Part shown: positions 43,585-53,465 of the stretch, piece after piece
Numbering within the stretch: the first letter of the stretch is position 1
Layout of the letters: each line of letters starts with the position of its first letter
Sequence record: OK428535.1
DNA: 64,000 nucleotides
Origin: Escherichia phage vB_EcoM_Lh1B
Strand: one strand, 5' to 3'
Notes under the pieces: generated by a model
Databases searched by the model: none
Told to the model about the DNA's origin: nothing
Seen by the model: the letters and a program-made list of their open reading frames with translations, nothing else
Program-made: the position numbers and the translations under genes

Positions 43585-43980
43585 ATGAAATTGATTATGC
43601 CTAAAACCGTTCCTAATCAGGATATGGTTACGACTACACTGTTTTCTGAATCATTACGCAACTCTGTACGTCAGACCGCTTCACGTCTAGACGTGGCAGT
43701 TGAAGAACTCGACCCNGAAGTCTTCATGAAGTATGCGTTTATTGCAGAAGGTTACGCGATCGCCCTGAGTTATGCGCGGTATGTCGATGACGTGACAGAA
43801 GCTAAACGTTATTTAGAAGGCTGTTGTCAAGTTTTCCGTGAAGAAATCACCGAGATGGAGATGGTTGACCGCGGCTTACCTGAATTTGTAAAGGTGGGTT
43901 ACGATAAGCTGTTGCAATCCATCGCGGATGAAATCGGACGTCGCGGGTTAACTGTAGTGCACAGCGCTACACTGCACTAA
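43585..43980 (+). CDS. hypothetical protein (131 aa)
   Basis: GGAG RBS; terminator downstream. Confidence 0.5.
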   Translation: MKLIMPKTVPNQDMVTTTLFSESLRNSVRQTASRLDVAVEELDXEVFMKYAFIAEGYAIALSYARYVDDVTEAKRYLEGCCQVFREEITEMEMVDRGLPEFVKVGYDKLLQSIADEIGRRGLTVVHSATLH

Positions 43981-43992
43981 CACCGTACGAGT

Positions 43993-44033
43993 AGGCTACC
44001 ACACGATCATATGTGTGGTAGCTTATTTTTTTG
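43993..44033 (+). terminator. rho-independent terminator
   Basis: GCTACCACAC...GTGTGGTAGC hairpin followed by TTATTTTTTTG. Confidence 0.65.
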
Positions 44034-44048
44034 TTTCTGGAGGCGTTA

Positions 44049-44588
44049 ATGGCAGACCGCTATCAGCCCGACCTAACACTCTCGTCGAAAGCGCTTGTCG
44101 TGGCGCTTATCAATCATGACAATAATCTGTCACTTACTGATAAAGAGATTGTGATTAGGGATATTGATGCGAACGCTTCACCAGACATCATCCCGAAGAA
44201 CACACAGGCAAGCGTGGCCAAAGCACGTAAGCCAAATGGGAAAACCGTGACAGTCTATTATGACCGGTTAAGTGCGTCTACCGTGCTAGACAGTTTTCAG
44301 CCGCTATTGGTGTCCTTAGACGGAACCGAAACGGACATTCAGCAAATTGCCAGTGTGATTAACGGTTACTGCGGTACAAACTTGTCAGCAGCAGACTTAC
44401 AGTCTGCGCCAATCGTGGTCAGCGACGATTTTACCCTGGTGAATATCACTGGCGATTCCCCAGCATGGCTTGGGACATTTATCGCAACCCTGTTTACCAA
44501 AAATGAGTACGTTCTTTCAACTGACACTGACACGGTGCTGTGTCTGGATGAGAACACTGTGCTCGTACTGACTGACGAGGAAGAGTAA
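44049..44588 (+). CDS. hypothetical protein (179 aa)
   Basis: GGAGG RBS before ATG 44049. Confidence 0.5.
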   Translation: MADRYQPDLTLSSKALVVALINHDNNLSLTDKEIVIRDIDANASPDIIPKNTQASVAKARKPNGKTVTVYYDRLSASTVLDSFQPLLVSLDGTETDIQQIASVINGYCGTNLSAADLQSAPIVVSDDFTLVNITGDSPAWLGTFIATLFTKNEYVLSTDTDTVLCLDENTVLVLTDEEE

Positions 44589-45073
44589 TGGCCAGCCCAG
44601 TTAAAAAGCAAACATTTGAGAGCTTACCATTTTATACCGATATCACCAACGTGAAAGATGGGATGTTCTTGTTTATCAAAGATGGGAAAGCGTATCAGTA
44701 CCCGCTCGAGATGTTGGGTGTCCAGAAGGTTGCTCAGGGTGTCGTTATTCGTGATGCGGCGTATGAGTTGGAAGCGGCAGCAGCCACTGATTGGTACCTA
44801 GGACTGTCGCAACCGGAAACCGATCTCACTATTAAACCTGATGGAGTATTGGGGGCATTTCGGTACACGCTCAACCTGACTATTCTTCAGGGAACGGGAG
44901 CCAACAAAATTAACTGGCCTTCCAACGTGAAGTTCCCCCATGATGCATACCCGGTGCTGTCGTACCAGAAAGGGAAATCGGACATGATTACCCTGACTAC
45001 AATCGACGGCGGTTACACCTGGAAAGGTGGCGTTAGTGGAACAGGATATACAGAATGGGTAGAAACTCCTTAA
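44588..45073 (+). CDS. hypothetical protein (161 aa)
   Basis: ATG overlaps upstream stop; operon with the large downstream gene. Confidence 0.5.
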   Translation: MASPVKKQTFESLPFYTDITNVKDGMFLFIKDGKAYQYPLEMLGVQKVAQGVVIRDAAYELEAAAATDWYLGLSQPETDLTIKPDGVLGAFRYTLNLTILQGTGANKINWPSNVKFPHDAYPVLSYQKGKSDMITLTTIDGGYTWKGGVSGTGYTEWVETP

Positions 45074-48072
45074 TCGCAGTACGGACAGGGATTAACTACG
45101 CACTGTCGCTGGCTTACGGACATCAGGACTTTGTTCGTCGAAACACCGGCTTAACTAACGACGCCCACAATGACCATTATCTGATTAACCCAGAAGGGGT
45201 GCTATCTAATAACCGGCATTTCATTGCTGACTCCATGGCAGTGTATCAACCTAATGGTGACGCCACCACAGAAGGTCAATCGTTGCTGATTATTGGCTAC
45301 TGTCACATGTACATTGCTACCAAAAACCAGATGTGGTTAGATGCGGCGATTCATGCATGGGAAGCGTACGCTACCTACTATTACGCAGGTCAGGCCATTC
45401 CCGATTCACCACAACGTTGGATTTGTAACTGGCTAGTTAACGGTAAAGAGCCAGTGCTGGCAGACTATCCGGTGCATCCGACCGAGCCAACCCACGGTGG
45501 TTATAAGTGTGTACCGGTAACGTTTACGAACGGGCGTTGCCAGATACCCCAAGGCGCACCATTCTTTGGTGAATATCTGAACAATTTCTTTTCTGCGCAT
45601 CGTGGCCATCCTACTTGGGGTGCGGTTAATGCCGACGTACAGAAAATTAAGGAATCGGAAGACGGGTTAATTGACTGGTCTAAAGTCCCTGATTACTTAA
45701 TCGTCAATCCAGAGAAACCTTACGATGTAAAAGCGTGGGTGGACTGGAACACGATGCTAAACGACCCAACCGGATATACACCAATATGGGGCGGTTCTAC
45801 CTCGAAAGGTCCGCGGTACGAACCTGACTGGTTTGTTGTGTGGACGGGTGAGAAGGTTCAAGACGGCGATGTCATCGAATCCGGTTTACCTGATGCCCAG
45901 AAAGGAACCGTACAATTAAAGGACACTAGTATTAACGGTGTGTATTTGATTAACTACGCTTCCCAGGTACCTGTAGAGCACGGCGGATATTTGTTTGACC
46001 GCAATGAGCCGTGGCACAACCGTCCGGTTCATACCCCGTTAAAAGGGTCTGTTAACCAGATGGGTAACGCGGCAGATGCGGAAGTGTGGTTTATTGATGC
46101 CTGTTATCTGCTCTGGCGTATCACAGGTGAACCGCGCTATAAAGCCGCATTAGACTCCGTGTTCTATACAGCGCACGAGTACACGTATATCGATGCGAAG
46201 GACAAGTTTTTCCGTCGTTCTAAGCTAGCCGAAACACCATTTACAGATGGTATCTCGTACGACTATAAATACCCCAGCACCGTTGAGGTCGCTTACAGTC
46301 GTGATGAAAATGGTGATATTGTGTTCCGTTCTGAGGAAGCTGTGCAGAACTTTATGGAACAGCAAGCCGTGCGTTTCAGGATAAACAGTCAATCGAAGTT
46401 ACGTGTGACATATGGCGGTGTTTGTGACAACGGTGATGCACTTGCGTGTAAAGTGATGGTGGATATTAACCCCGTCAAAGCGGATACTGAAGAAGTAAAC
46501 TGGTACGGCTGTACGCTCCCGGGATCAACATCGATGGAAGTAGAACAGCATGACATCGATTTAGGGCATCTGGCCAGAATGACCAATCCGGCCAACGGCG
46601 AAGATTACATCATTGCCGATGCGCGAGCATGTTCGGACTACGGTGGGTGTACGTGGCAGGAGAAGTTTGAGAACAACATTTACGATGGTCGTTCAGGGAC
46701 AATCGTAGAAGCGTTATTCCCGAACGACGATGCGGGTTTCATTATCGGTTTCTGGTTAACCGATGCCGGTGTTGCACCCCCACAGTCAATTGTCTATCGT
46801 GCCGATGCTGATTTCAACTTCCGTTTCGAAGATACCGACAAGTGGCGTTGGTGGTGGATGTTGCCCGCGACTAACGGGGAATGGAAACAGGTTATTATTC
46901 GCCCTGAAGACGCAACACTCTCGGGCTATCAACCTGACCACGATACCGACGTCGAACCAAAACCGGCTGCGCCAAACTATACAACTATCGATCAGGTAAC
47001 CATACTGCCCGATTCGGCTGTGGAGAATGCGCACTTTAGCTGGTATTGCGTAAACGATGTTCCGCCCCTGTTTAATGCAGACGACGGTTGGACGTTAACG
47101 TTCCGTATTGTAATTCGGGGAGGTTCTGCATTTACGGGTAAGGTGGGCGATTGTACGATAAAAGATTACCGTCTTGACTCGCTCGCGTATTGTCCAGGTA
47201 CGATACCGTTCTCGAACATTTATTCGGAAGGAACGTATCAGCTAGGTGCATGGCACGGGATGCCGTATCCCGGCTATCAGTATCCGTTTATGTACACCAT
47301 ACACACCGATGATCGCTACAAAGACTGGCTCTTAAATCAGATTCGGTTTATGCACGATTCACAAACCAACTACCAAACGCAGATAGGTGAGTTAGGTCCA
47401 GGTTGTGCGGCGTATATTTGGAACCGTTGGGATAACTACTCTTACGGCCCGGCAGATACGTGGACAACGTTCCATTGGGGCGATGGACATCCGTGGGCAG
47501 GTTATCAGCCGCGCGCGTATAACGCCGCTGCGCGTTGTTGGTACGAATTAGTTGTGCGTGGTAAAGAGGTTCCACCTGAGCTAGTAGTGTACGTTGAAAA
47601 TTGGGCTAAGTGGCTCGTAGGGTTCTTAGACCGCTTTGACAACCACACCCCGAATGAATTCCCTACGGCACCAAATAAACCGGTATGGGTAGAGAATGAT
47701 TTCACAGCACATATGTGTGCGCTCTGGATAGCAGGCAGTGCTTATGCGGCAATGGCCGGCTGTACAGTGGAAGGGTTGAGCCGTATTATGGATATGGGGA
47801 TGAAGGAGATGGGTGACAACTTCACCGTCACCGACATTCCAGGAAAAGCCATTAACGGTGCCTGGTCTCCATGGGCAAATCCCACCACGGATAACGGTCA
47901 GGCTTTTGGGTTTTATACTGGAGAAGCGATGCGTGCAATCGGGTTGTATCTCCTCTATAAAGAACACGGCGCAGGACATGATATTTATCGTGACTTGGCA
48001 ATCCCCGACCACACAACAGCCTCGCTCGATATAACGTTTACTATCCCAGACGATCCGCTCGAAACTAATTAA
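45055..48072 (+). CDS. large Trp/Tyr/Gly-rich protein (1005 aa), possible virion or tail-associated protein
   Basis: 3-kb ORF coupled to two upstream genes; terminator downstream; function not recognisable. Confidence 0.6.
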   Translation: MGRNSLIAVRTGINYALSLAYGHQDFVRRNTGLTNDAHNDHYLINPEGVLSNNRHFIADSMAVYQPNGDATTEGQSLLIIGYCHMYIATKNQMWLDAAIHAWEAYATYYYAGQAIPDSPQRWICNWLVNGKEPVLADYPVHPTEPTHGGYKCVPVTFTNGRCQIPQGAPFFGEYLNNFFSAHRGHPTWGAVNADVQKIKESEDGLIDWSKVPDYLIVNPEKPYDVKAWVDWNTMLNDPTGYTPIWGGSTSKGPRYEPDWFVVWTGEKVQDGDVIESGLPDAQKGTVQLKDTSINGVYLINYASQVPVEHGGYLFDRNEPWHNRPVHTPLKGSVNQMGNAADAEVWFIDACYLLWRITGEPRYKAALDSVFYTAHEYTYIDAKDKFFRRSKLAETPFTDGISYDYKYPSTVEVAYSRDENGDIVFRSEEAVQNFMEQQAVRFRINSQSKLRVTYGGVCDNGDALACKVMVDINPVKADTEEVNWYGCTLPGSTSMEVEQHDIDLGHLARMTNPANGEDYIIADARACSDYGGCTWQEKFENNIYDGRSGTIVEALFPNDDAGFIIGFWLTDAGVAPPQSIVYRADADFNFRFEDTDKWRWWWMLPATNGEWKQVIIRPEDATLSGYQPDHDTDVEPKPAAPNYTTIDQVTILPDSAVENAHFSWYCVNDVPPLFNADDGWTLTFRIVIRGGSAFTGKVGDCTIKDYRLDSLAYCPGTIPFSNIYSEGTYQLGAWHGMPYPGYQYPFMYTIHTDDRYKDWLLNQIRFMHDSQTNYQTQIGELGPGCAAYIWNRWDNYSYGPADTWTTFHWGDGHPWAGYQPRAYNAAARCWYELVVRGKEVPPELVVYVENWAKWLVGFLDRFDNHTPNEFPTAPNKPVWVENDFTAHMCALWIAGSAYAAMAGCTVEGLSRIMDMGMKEMGDNFTVTDIPGKAINGAWSPWANPTTDNGQAFGFYTGEAMRAIGLYLLYKEHGAGHDIYRDLAIPDHTTASLDITFTIPDDPLETN

Positions 48073-48078
48073 GTGTAT

Positions 48079-48120
48079 ACCAGCTATCCTTCGGGGTGGC
48101 TGGTACGCTTTATTTTATTT
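48079..48120 (+). terminator. probable rho-independent terminator
   Basis: Imperfect hairpin CCAGCTATCC-TTCG-GGGTGGCTGG followed by TTTATTTTATTT. Confidence 0.5.
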
Positions 48121-48146
48121 CAGATAGATGTTATCTCAGTGAACCT
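48118..48146 (+). promoter_or_regulatory. promoter-like element, copy F (TTTCAGATAGATGTTATCTCAGTGAACC)
   Basis: Same motif family; about 55 nt upstream of gene 48200. Confidence 0.45.
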
Positions 48147-48199
48147 CTGAAATTTACGTTTCAATCAGAGCTTATGTCATGTATTAAGGAGCACTTAAA

Positions 48200-48532
48200 A
48201 TGTCTAAAGTCTATCACATTGCGGTATTGCGTCAGGCAACTGACCTTGAAGGCGACGGTGAACTTCGAATGCAGGAAGCCATTCTGAGCACTGTTAAAGA
48301 ACTTAACCAAGCAAACAATTTCGATGCACGATTCGAAGCGCTGCCTGTAAGCCGTGGTGCTTTCTACGGCAGTCAAATACTGGCAACCCAGTATGCGATG
48401 GCTTTAAGTGAATTGCGCAATAACCCTAGCCCAGAGACCGCAGCGAAGATGAACAAGCTGTCGCTATGGATGAATAACCTGGATGTCCCCGCAGCATCCA
48501 CTGTAAGTGGTTTGGGGGTGGTCAATGAGTAG
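48200..48532 (+). CDS. hypothetical protein (110 aa)
   Basis: AAGGAG RBS; ORF. Confidence 0.5.
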   Translation: MSKVYHIAVLRQATDLEGDGELRMQEAILSTVKELNQANNFDARFEALPVSRGAFYGSQILATQYAMALSELRNNPSPETAAKMNKLSLWMNNLDVPAASTVSGLGVVNE

Positions 48533-48860
48533 AGTAATCGGTGTTGCCAGACCAATGCGTCTCAATAGGACACCGATGATAAATCGTGATATCGGTGAAG
48601 CTGTAAAACAGTTGTCGAATATCGACGGTTACACCTTTAAAGTGATAACACTGTACGACTACCCAGAAGGTAAAGTTCCGCAAGAGGCGCTGGATAAATT
48701 CGTTAATGTATTAGACGATTGCCTTAAGAGTCCAACGGACGTAAATCTTATCAAACTAAACACCATGTCCCTTGAACTGTACCGGCTGCGTAAAATGGGC
48801 ATTCATGCTCGCATCGGTAAAGGTGACCAAACGTTAGCCGAATACTGGGCTAAACAGTAA
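48525..48860 (+). CDS. hypothetical protein (111 aa)
   Basis: In-frame ATG overlapping the upstream stop by 8 nt. Confidence 0.45.
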   Translation: MSRVIGVARPMRLNRTPMINRDIGEAVKQLSNIDGYTFKVITLYDYPEGKVPQEALDKFVNVLDDCLKSPTDVNLIKLNTMSLELYRLRKMGIHARIGKGDQTLAEYWAKQ

Positions 48861-48887
48861 GCTATTTTAAATCCTAAGGAGCATTAA

Positions 48888-49406
48888 ATGAATATTATCA
48901 TGAACCTGTATACCAAACGGGAACGTAACGTTTTAGAATCGGGCGTTGCCCCGGAAGTATTGGCTGCGGGGGATATTAGTATCGACCCATTGAAAGTGAA
49001 AGTCGCAGAACTGTTCCCTCGTGATGAATGGGACATCTGGTATTTCCGTTGTTCGTCGGTATTAAATGCAATCAAACAACTGTCTGATTATCAGCCTGGT
49101 CCGTATATCGGTACTTGGCACTGGTACGTTCCACGCACACCAAACTTCCTTTACCTGCACGACGATGATAAACGTACTCATATTCGCACTGTAGCGACGC
49201 CTGCGCGTTTGGAGCGTTATCTGGAGCTAATCCACGACCGGCCTCGTAACGAGCTGCAGAGCATCGTAGAGGTGCTCAGACAGGTACCTTTAGACGGTAT
49301 ACTGGAACTGGACATGAAAATCGCCGATCGTCCGAGACATTACTGGGAATTTTCCTGGGTAGACGCGAAGTACGAAAACCATAACGTTATCTATCTGAAG
49401 CGTTAA
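48888..49406 (+). CDS. hypothetical protein (172 aa)
   Basis: AAGGAG RBS; ORF. Confidence 0.5.
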   Translation: MNIIMNLYTKRERNVLESGVAPEVLAAGDISIDPLKVKVAELFPRDEWDIWYFRCSSVLNAIKQLSDYQPGPYIGTWHWYVPRTPNFLYLHDDDKRTHIRTVATPARLERYLELIHDRPRNELQSIVEVLRQVPLDGILELDMKIADRPRHYWEFSWVDAKYENHNVIYLKR

Positions 49407-49416
49407 GGGGGACAGG

Positions 49417-49737
49417 ATGTTGAACTGGTTACTGGCGCTGATTAACAAGCGACAAAAACAACTGTACGAAGAAAACCGAGAATTAGCTGCCGCTAACCGT
49501 NGTGTNNAGGNCCATAACTTGCAGTTAAGACACGACCTCGCGAAACTGGACGTTAATGCGAGTAGGCTCTGCACGCACATAAGTCGCTGTCACGACATTA
49601 TCGAACGTATTGGGCACTACCATCTTACGTCCCCTGCCCGGCGTGCCTATGACGCGGCCGTTCAGGGATTAAAAGATACCAGGAGTGCGTACGACGAGAT
49701 GTTAGAAGAATTTAGTAAACGTGAGGATAAAGACTAA
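49417..49737 (+). CDS. hypothetical coiled-coil protein (106 aa)
   Basis: ORF; Ns near 49501. Confidence 0.45.
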   Translation: MLNWLLALINKRQKQLYEENRELAAANRXXXXHNLQLRHDLAKLDVNASRLCTHISRCHDIIERIGHYHLTSPARRAYDAAVQGLKDTRSAYDEMLEEFSKREDKD

Positions 49738-50120
49738 TGGAAACACCACCGAACACCGATTTAGCACTGGCTATCGAGCACATGAAAAATCATCAGCTGA
49801 CGTTACTGAACGCAGACATAGATGGACAACGTCAAGGGTACGCGCTCGTTGCAAAAGCAGCGTTAGAACTTAACAAAATCCTGCTCGCTAAACTCTACGG
49901 CCTGGAGAATAGCGTGCTTCACGCAACGCATCTGGGTGAGGCCAGCGAGCTGGTTACAGACGTGCGCCTATATGCATCGCGCGAAATGGAGCGCTTAGTC
50001 AACGAGTGGAATGTTCAGTGTAACAGTGAGCGTGCTGATAACGATCCACGTAAAGTTGCACTGACGCCAGGCGTGTATATCAAGGACGGTAGCATCAACG
50101 AATATACCGGATTTAACTGA
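49737..50120 (+). CDS. hypothetical protein (127 aa)
   Basis: ATG overlaps upstream stop. Confidence 0.5.
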   Translation: METPPNTDLALAIEHMKNHQLTLLNADIDGQRQGYALVAKAALELNKILLAKLYGLENSVLHATHLGEASELVTDVRLYASREMERLVNEWNVQCNSERADNDPRKVALTPGVYIKDGSINEYTGFN

Positions 50121-50143
50121 TCGGTAGATAAGGGTAATTGATA

Positions 50144-50569
50144 ATGTTAACCATAGACGTAGCTATCTCTATCGAGCTTCAACGCATCGGTGTAGGTACA
50201 CTAAAACTTCGTTATCGTGATTTACCGCATTACAACAAGATGTTTGATGTTGGGGTGATAAAGTTTTATAACCGGTACGGGCCAAGAGAACTGTGTCTAT
50301 GGTTTGTTGAGTTAGCGATAACCTACGGCGAGTTTTATCATCCTAACATACCGCATGTCAGACACGTGTCAAGNGGGCACCTGGAAACTTCCAGAGAGTT
50401 CTGTCAGCGATTGTATAGCGCGATGGAGGAGTCCGCACCCATCGACTTTGACGTACCACCTGAACCGTTATTAATCGACCATGAAGGAGAAGCCGATGTC
50501 TATTTCATTACAGGGATTGACCATTCACGAGATTCAGAAATATTTACTCGAGGGCGGGAAACTGACTGA
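50144..50569 (+). CDS. hypothetical protein (141 aa)
   Basis: First ATG of ORF-track entry 50138-50569. Confidence 0.45.
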   Translation: MLTIDVAISIELQRIGVGTLKLRYRDLPHYNKMFDVGVIKFYNRYGPRELCLWFVELAITYGEFYHPNIPHVRHVSXGHLETSREFCQRLYSAMEESAPIDFDVPPEPLLIDHEGEADVYFITGIDHSRDSEIFTRGRETD

Positions 50570-50801
50570 CGACTATCAAACCGCAGATATGTTGCTGCAG
50601 TCATTTGTGCCGCTACGCGCTGAGTATTACGAAATCGCGTTTCTGGGCGATGAGTATTGTGTCCGTACACAAAGTCGCGAGTACGAAGCAGTTCGCGTAC
50701 CACGAACACTCGGCGGGGTGATGATACTTATCGCTAATATCGAAGCACTCAATGCGAAATGTGCGTTATACATCGCACAGGGAGGTCGCAATGGATTTTA
50801 A
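50496..50801 (+). CDS. hypothetical protein (about 101 aa)
   Basis: ORF in alternate frame overlapping upstream gene by about 74 nt; GAAGG upstream of ATG 50496. Confidence 0.35.
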   Translation: MSISLQGLTIHEIQKYLLEGGKLTDDYQTADMLLQSFVPLRAEYYEIAFLGDEYCVRTQSREYEAVRVPRTLGGVMILIANIEALNAKCALYIAQGGRNGF

Positions 50802-50866
50802 GTGGGAACCGTTAACGTTAGCAGAAATTCGTAACAGAATCGACAGGGCTATTGNAAGGAGAAAAC

Positions 50867-51268
50867 ATGTTCGGCCTGTTTCAGGAGAAAAAACAGATGC
50901 GTCGCCAATTAGAAATACTGGAATTGGAACTCAGCCTATCAAAGACTGAGTTGGAAATTTCGAAAGAAGCGTGGAAAAGAAATCTCGANGAATCTTTCGA
51001 AGAACGCCGTAAGCTTACGCGATTACTTTCTGAGGAACAGTCTAAGAACCGGAAACTCGAAGACGAGCTACGGGATGCCCGACGAGATGCGGATCTGCGT
51101 GACAAGATGTTAGGATGGAACCTGGGTGCCCTAATCTATTTCATAGAGCAGCGTTGGGAACCAAAGACACTCCTTGAGTTACTCTATGAAAAACTCTCCT
51201 GTGTAGGTAAACGTTCTGCGGCCATCGAGTATTTTCGTAGTCATGGATACGAGGTAAAAGATGAGTAA
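50867..51268 (+). CDS. hypothetical coiled-coil protein (133 aa)
   Basis: AAGGA RBS before ATG 50867; heptad-like ELELSLSKTELEISKEAWK. Confidence 0.45.
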   Translation: MFGLFQEKKQMRRQLEILELELSLSKTELEISKEAWKRNLXESFEERRKLTRLLSEEQSKNRKLEDELRDARRDADLRDKMLGWNLGALIYFIEQRWEPKTLLELLYEKLSCVGKRSAAIEYFRSHGYEVKDE

Positions 51269-51346
51269 ATTAGAGGTTGGCAGGCTGTTCGTTAATCCTT
51301 AAAAAACAACAGTTTCAAATTAGTTACGACCATAAGGAGTATTAAA

Positions 51347-52150
51347 ATGTTAAAGCCACGCAAACAGAAAAGATTACAGTTTGTCAAAATAGTACATCCA
51401 CAGTCCCGTCGTGTTACAGGTGGACGTCTCTACGTGGGTAAACACCGTAGTCGTCTTATCACCTGGTCGGCAATGGCCAACGTAGCCACCCAACTCCAGG
51501 CAATGGTTGAAGACCGTTGCCAGTTAAAAGGGGATTTCTTTCAAGAGAAGAAACCCTATCGTGATATCTTCCGTACACTAAAAGCGTGCTGGGTACTCAG
51601 CTGGGTGCCTGGCCGCGAACAACTTTATTTTCTGCGTAAGTTCCCACGCCCTATGCCGAAGGAAAACATTAGCGTTTTCTTAGACAAACTAAAACGCTTT
51701 AATGACATCGGCATAAACGCTAATAAAGAGCAGGTTTCTGCTACAGTAGCAGCCCGAAAACACTTACGCGATTATGTGGCCGATCGAGATGTTGAGTTCG
51801 CTTATATGACGCCGACTGTACCGCTGCTAAACGGTGATGCATCGAAAGCGAAGATGGAAGAGATCGCGTTGAAGTTTCCTAACATCAGACACATCGCACC
51901 AGACGCGGTACTACAGCTGAACACTGAAGGCTGCACGCGTTTACCGACAGTCTCTGACACGGTGTTAGTATCAACACCTGATGTTCCTGATGGAAAGTCG
52001 TTCCTTGAAATGATAAAGAAACGTACAGAGGGTGGATATCAACCGATCTTTCTGGATTCCCTTTCACAACATCCTGAAGTAGAACAAGAATTTAACATGA
52101 ACACTAACAGCCCTTACGACTCCCTATACAAGGACGATAATGATGCTTAA
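51347..52150 (+). CDS. hypothetical protein (267 aa)
   Basis: AAGGAG RBS; ORF. Confidence 0.55.
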   Translation: MLKPRKQKRLQFVKIVHPQSRRVTGGRLYVGKHRSRLITWSAMANVATQLQAMVEDRCQLKGDFFQEKKPYRDIFRTLKACWVLSWVPGREQLYFLRKFPRPMPKENISVFLDKLKRFNDIGINANKEQVSATVAARKHLRDYVADRDVEFAYMTPTVPLLNGDASKAKMEEIALKFPNIRHIAPDAVLQLNTEGCTRLPTVSDTVLVSTPDVPDGKSFLEMIKKRTEGGYQPIFLDSLSQHPEVEQEFNMNTNSPYDSLYKDDNDA

Positions 52151-52532
52151 GCCTAAGAAACGTAAAGATGGTGCGGTCATTTTCTCTCCGAGAATCGCTG
52201 TAGCAGTTGGTAAGAAATTACTGGTCCAGGACGGTAAGTGGGTCAGTGACGGATTCAGTCAGTACACCTCGCTATGCATCTCTTCCGAGATGAATCAGAT
52301 GCACGGGAAGAAAGTACGTGACCGACGATCTCAGATGCCAAAAGTTATCCGTGTTGTGGCCGGCTGGTATAAGCGATACATGAAAAAGAACTTCCCACAC
52401 GCAGCGCCGCCGTTTGAAGAAGGGTCTTTTGTTCGTACAGAACCCACCGAAGCGGGTGGCGAATTACCGGTGCGTACCGGCACGGCGTATTCGACGCTGA
52501 CTTCCTTGTGTCGTCAGTCGTACGAAAAGTAG
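52140..52532 (+). CDS. hypothetical protein (130 aa)
   Basis: Start overlaps upstream gene end. Confidence 0.5.
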   Translation: MMLKPKKRKDGAVIFSPRIAVAVGKKLLVQDGKWVSDGFSQYTSLCISSEMNQMHGKKVRDRRSQMPKVIRVVAGWYKRYMKKNFPHAAPPFEEGSFVRTEPTEAGGELPVRTGTAYSTLTSLCRQSYEK

Positions 52533-52605
52533 AAGGCGTTGAAGGACACTCTACTCCACATCAACTAGGATGACGCTTATCCCAAGGGTAGCGAATAAAG
52601 CAGCA

Positions 52606-52642
52606 CCCTACTCCCGAAGGAGTAGGGTTTCTTCTTTTTTGT
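52606..52642 (+). terminator. rho-independent terminator
   Basis: CCCTACTCC-CGAA-GGAGTAGGG followed by TTTCTTCTTTTTTG. Confidence 0.7.
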
Positions 52643-52661
52643 CTAGTGTGATTACAATTAT

Positions 52662-52692
52662 TTTCAGATATATATTACTTAGGTGAGAGTTA
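52662..52692 (+). promoter_or_regulatory. early-promoter-like element, copy C
   Basis: TTTCAGATATATATTACTTAGGTGA plus conserved leader into the RBS. Confidence 0.5.
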
Positions 52693-52738
52693 ACCATTAA
52701 CTCTTATCTAATCGACCATTATCTTAAGGAGTTTTAAC

Positions 52739-53185
52739 ATGTACATTCTGAATAACGAACTTACTAAGTACGCTAGCAAAAACCCGANTATGATTTNTTT
52801 NCTAATCGTGATGGCGGCCAACAAACAAGACCCTAGCGAATTCACTACTGAGGTCTTCGAAGAGATTATCGCTAACGCCAAAGAAGCCACGTTCCAGACC
52901 ACAGNGCCTACTCGCGACGAGTTCCCCCTAGGTGAAGCCGGCGATGTAATGTTTAACGACATGGTTGCTTCGTACTACATCAATAGACGTGGTATGGAAA
53001 TCGAATACGATGAACTTCCTACTAGCAGCTTTGCTGAAATGATTCGTGATTATCGTCGTCAAGTTGTCTCTGACGATATCGTAAAGAAATACATGGCACA
53101 AATCAGCCCATTCAGTCTTGAATTCGAAAACCGCGCGGTTGCCTTAGCAACACATCGCCTGCGTTTAGAAAAAGAAGTACACTAA
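52739..53185 (+). CDS. hypothetical protein (148 aa)
   Basis: Driven by conserved leader and AAGGAG RBS. Confidence 0.55.
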   Translation: MYILNNELTKYASKNPXMIXXLIVMAANKQDPSEFTTEVFEEIIANAKEATFQTTXPTRDEFPLGEAGDVMFNDMVASYYINRRGMEIEYDELPTSSFAEMIRDYRRQVVSDDIVKKYMAQISPFSLEFENRAVALATHRLRLEKEVH

Positions 53186-53246
53186 TAATAACCCGGCGGG
53201 CAAAGTCCCGCCAATCAACCTGCAATCTACAAAAAAGGAATATCCC

Positions 53247-53465
53247 ATGCGCAACCTCTTCTCCAAATCTGAAATCAAACCTGTTGTTGAAACCGCAGCC
53301 AAACGTAAACCTGACANGNNTGANCTGNNGCTGAAAANGTNTGNAGCAGAAGCCAAAGCGTTNCNGNAAACAATGAAAGACGGNGATAAAATGATTGACA
53401 ATGTTGAAGTAACCTACGGTGTTAAAGACCGCCCAAAGAATAACGGCCTCGTGTGGGTCTGTTAA
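53247..53465 (+). CDS. hypothetical protein (72 aa; N-rich)
   Basis: AAGGAA RBS; many Ns. Confidence 0.35.
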   Translation: MRNLFSKSEIKPVVETAAKRKPDXXXLXLKXXXAEAKAXXXTMKDXDKMIDNVEVTYGVKDRPKNNGLVWVC

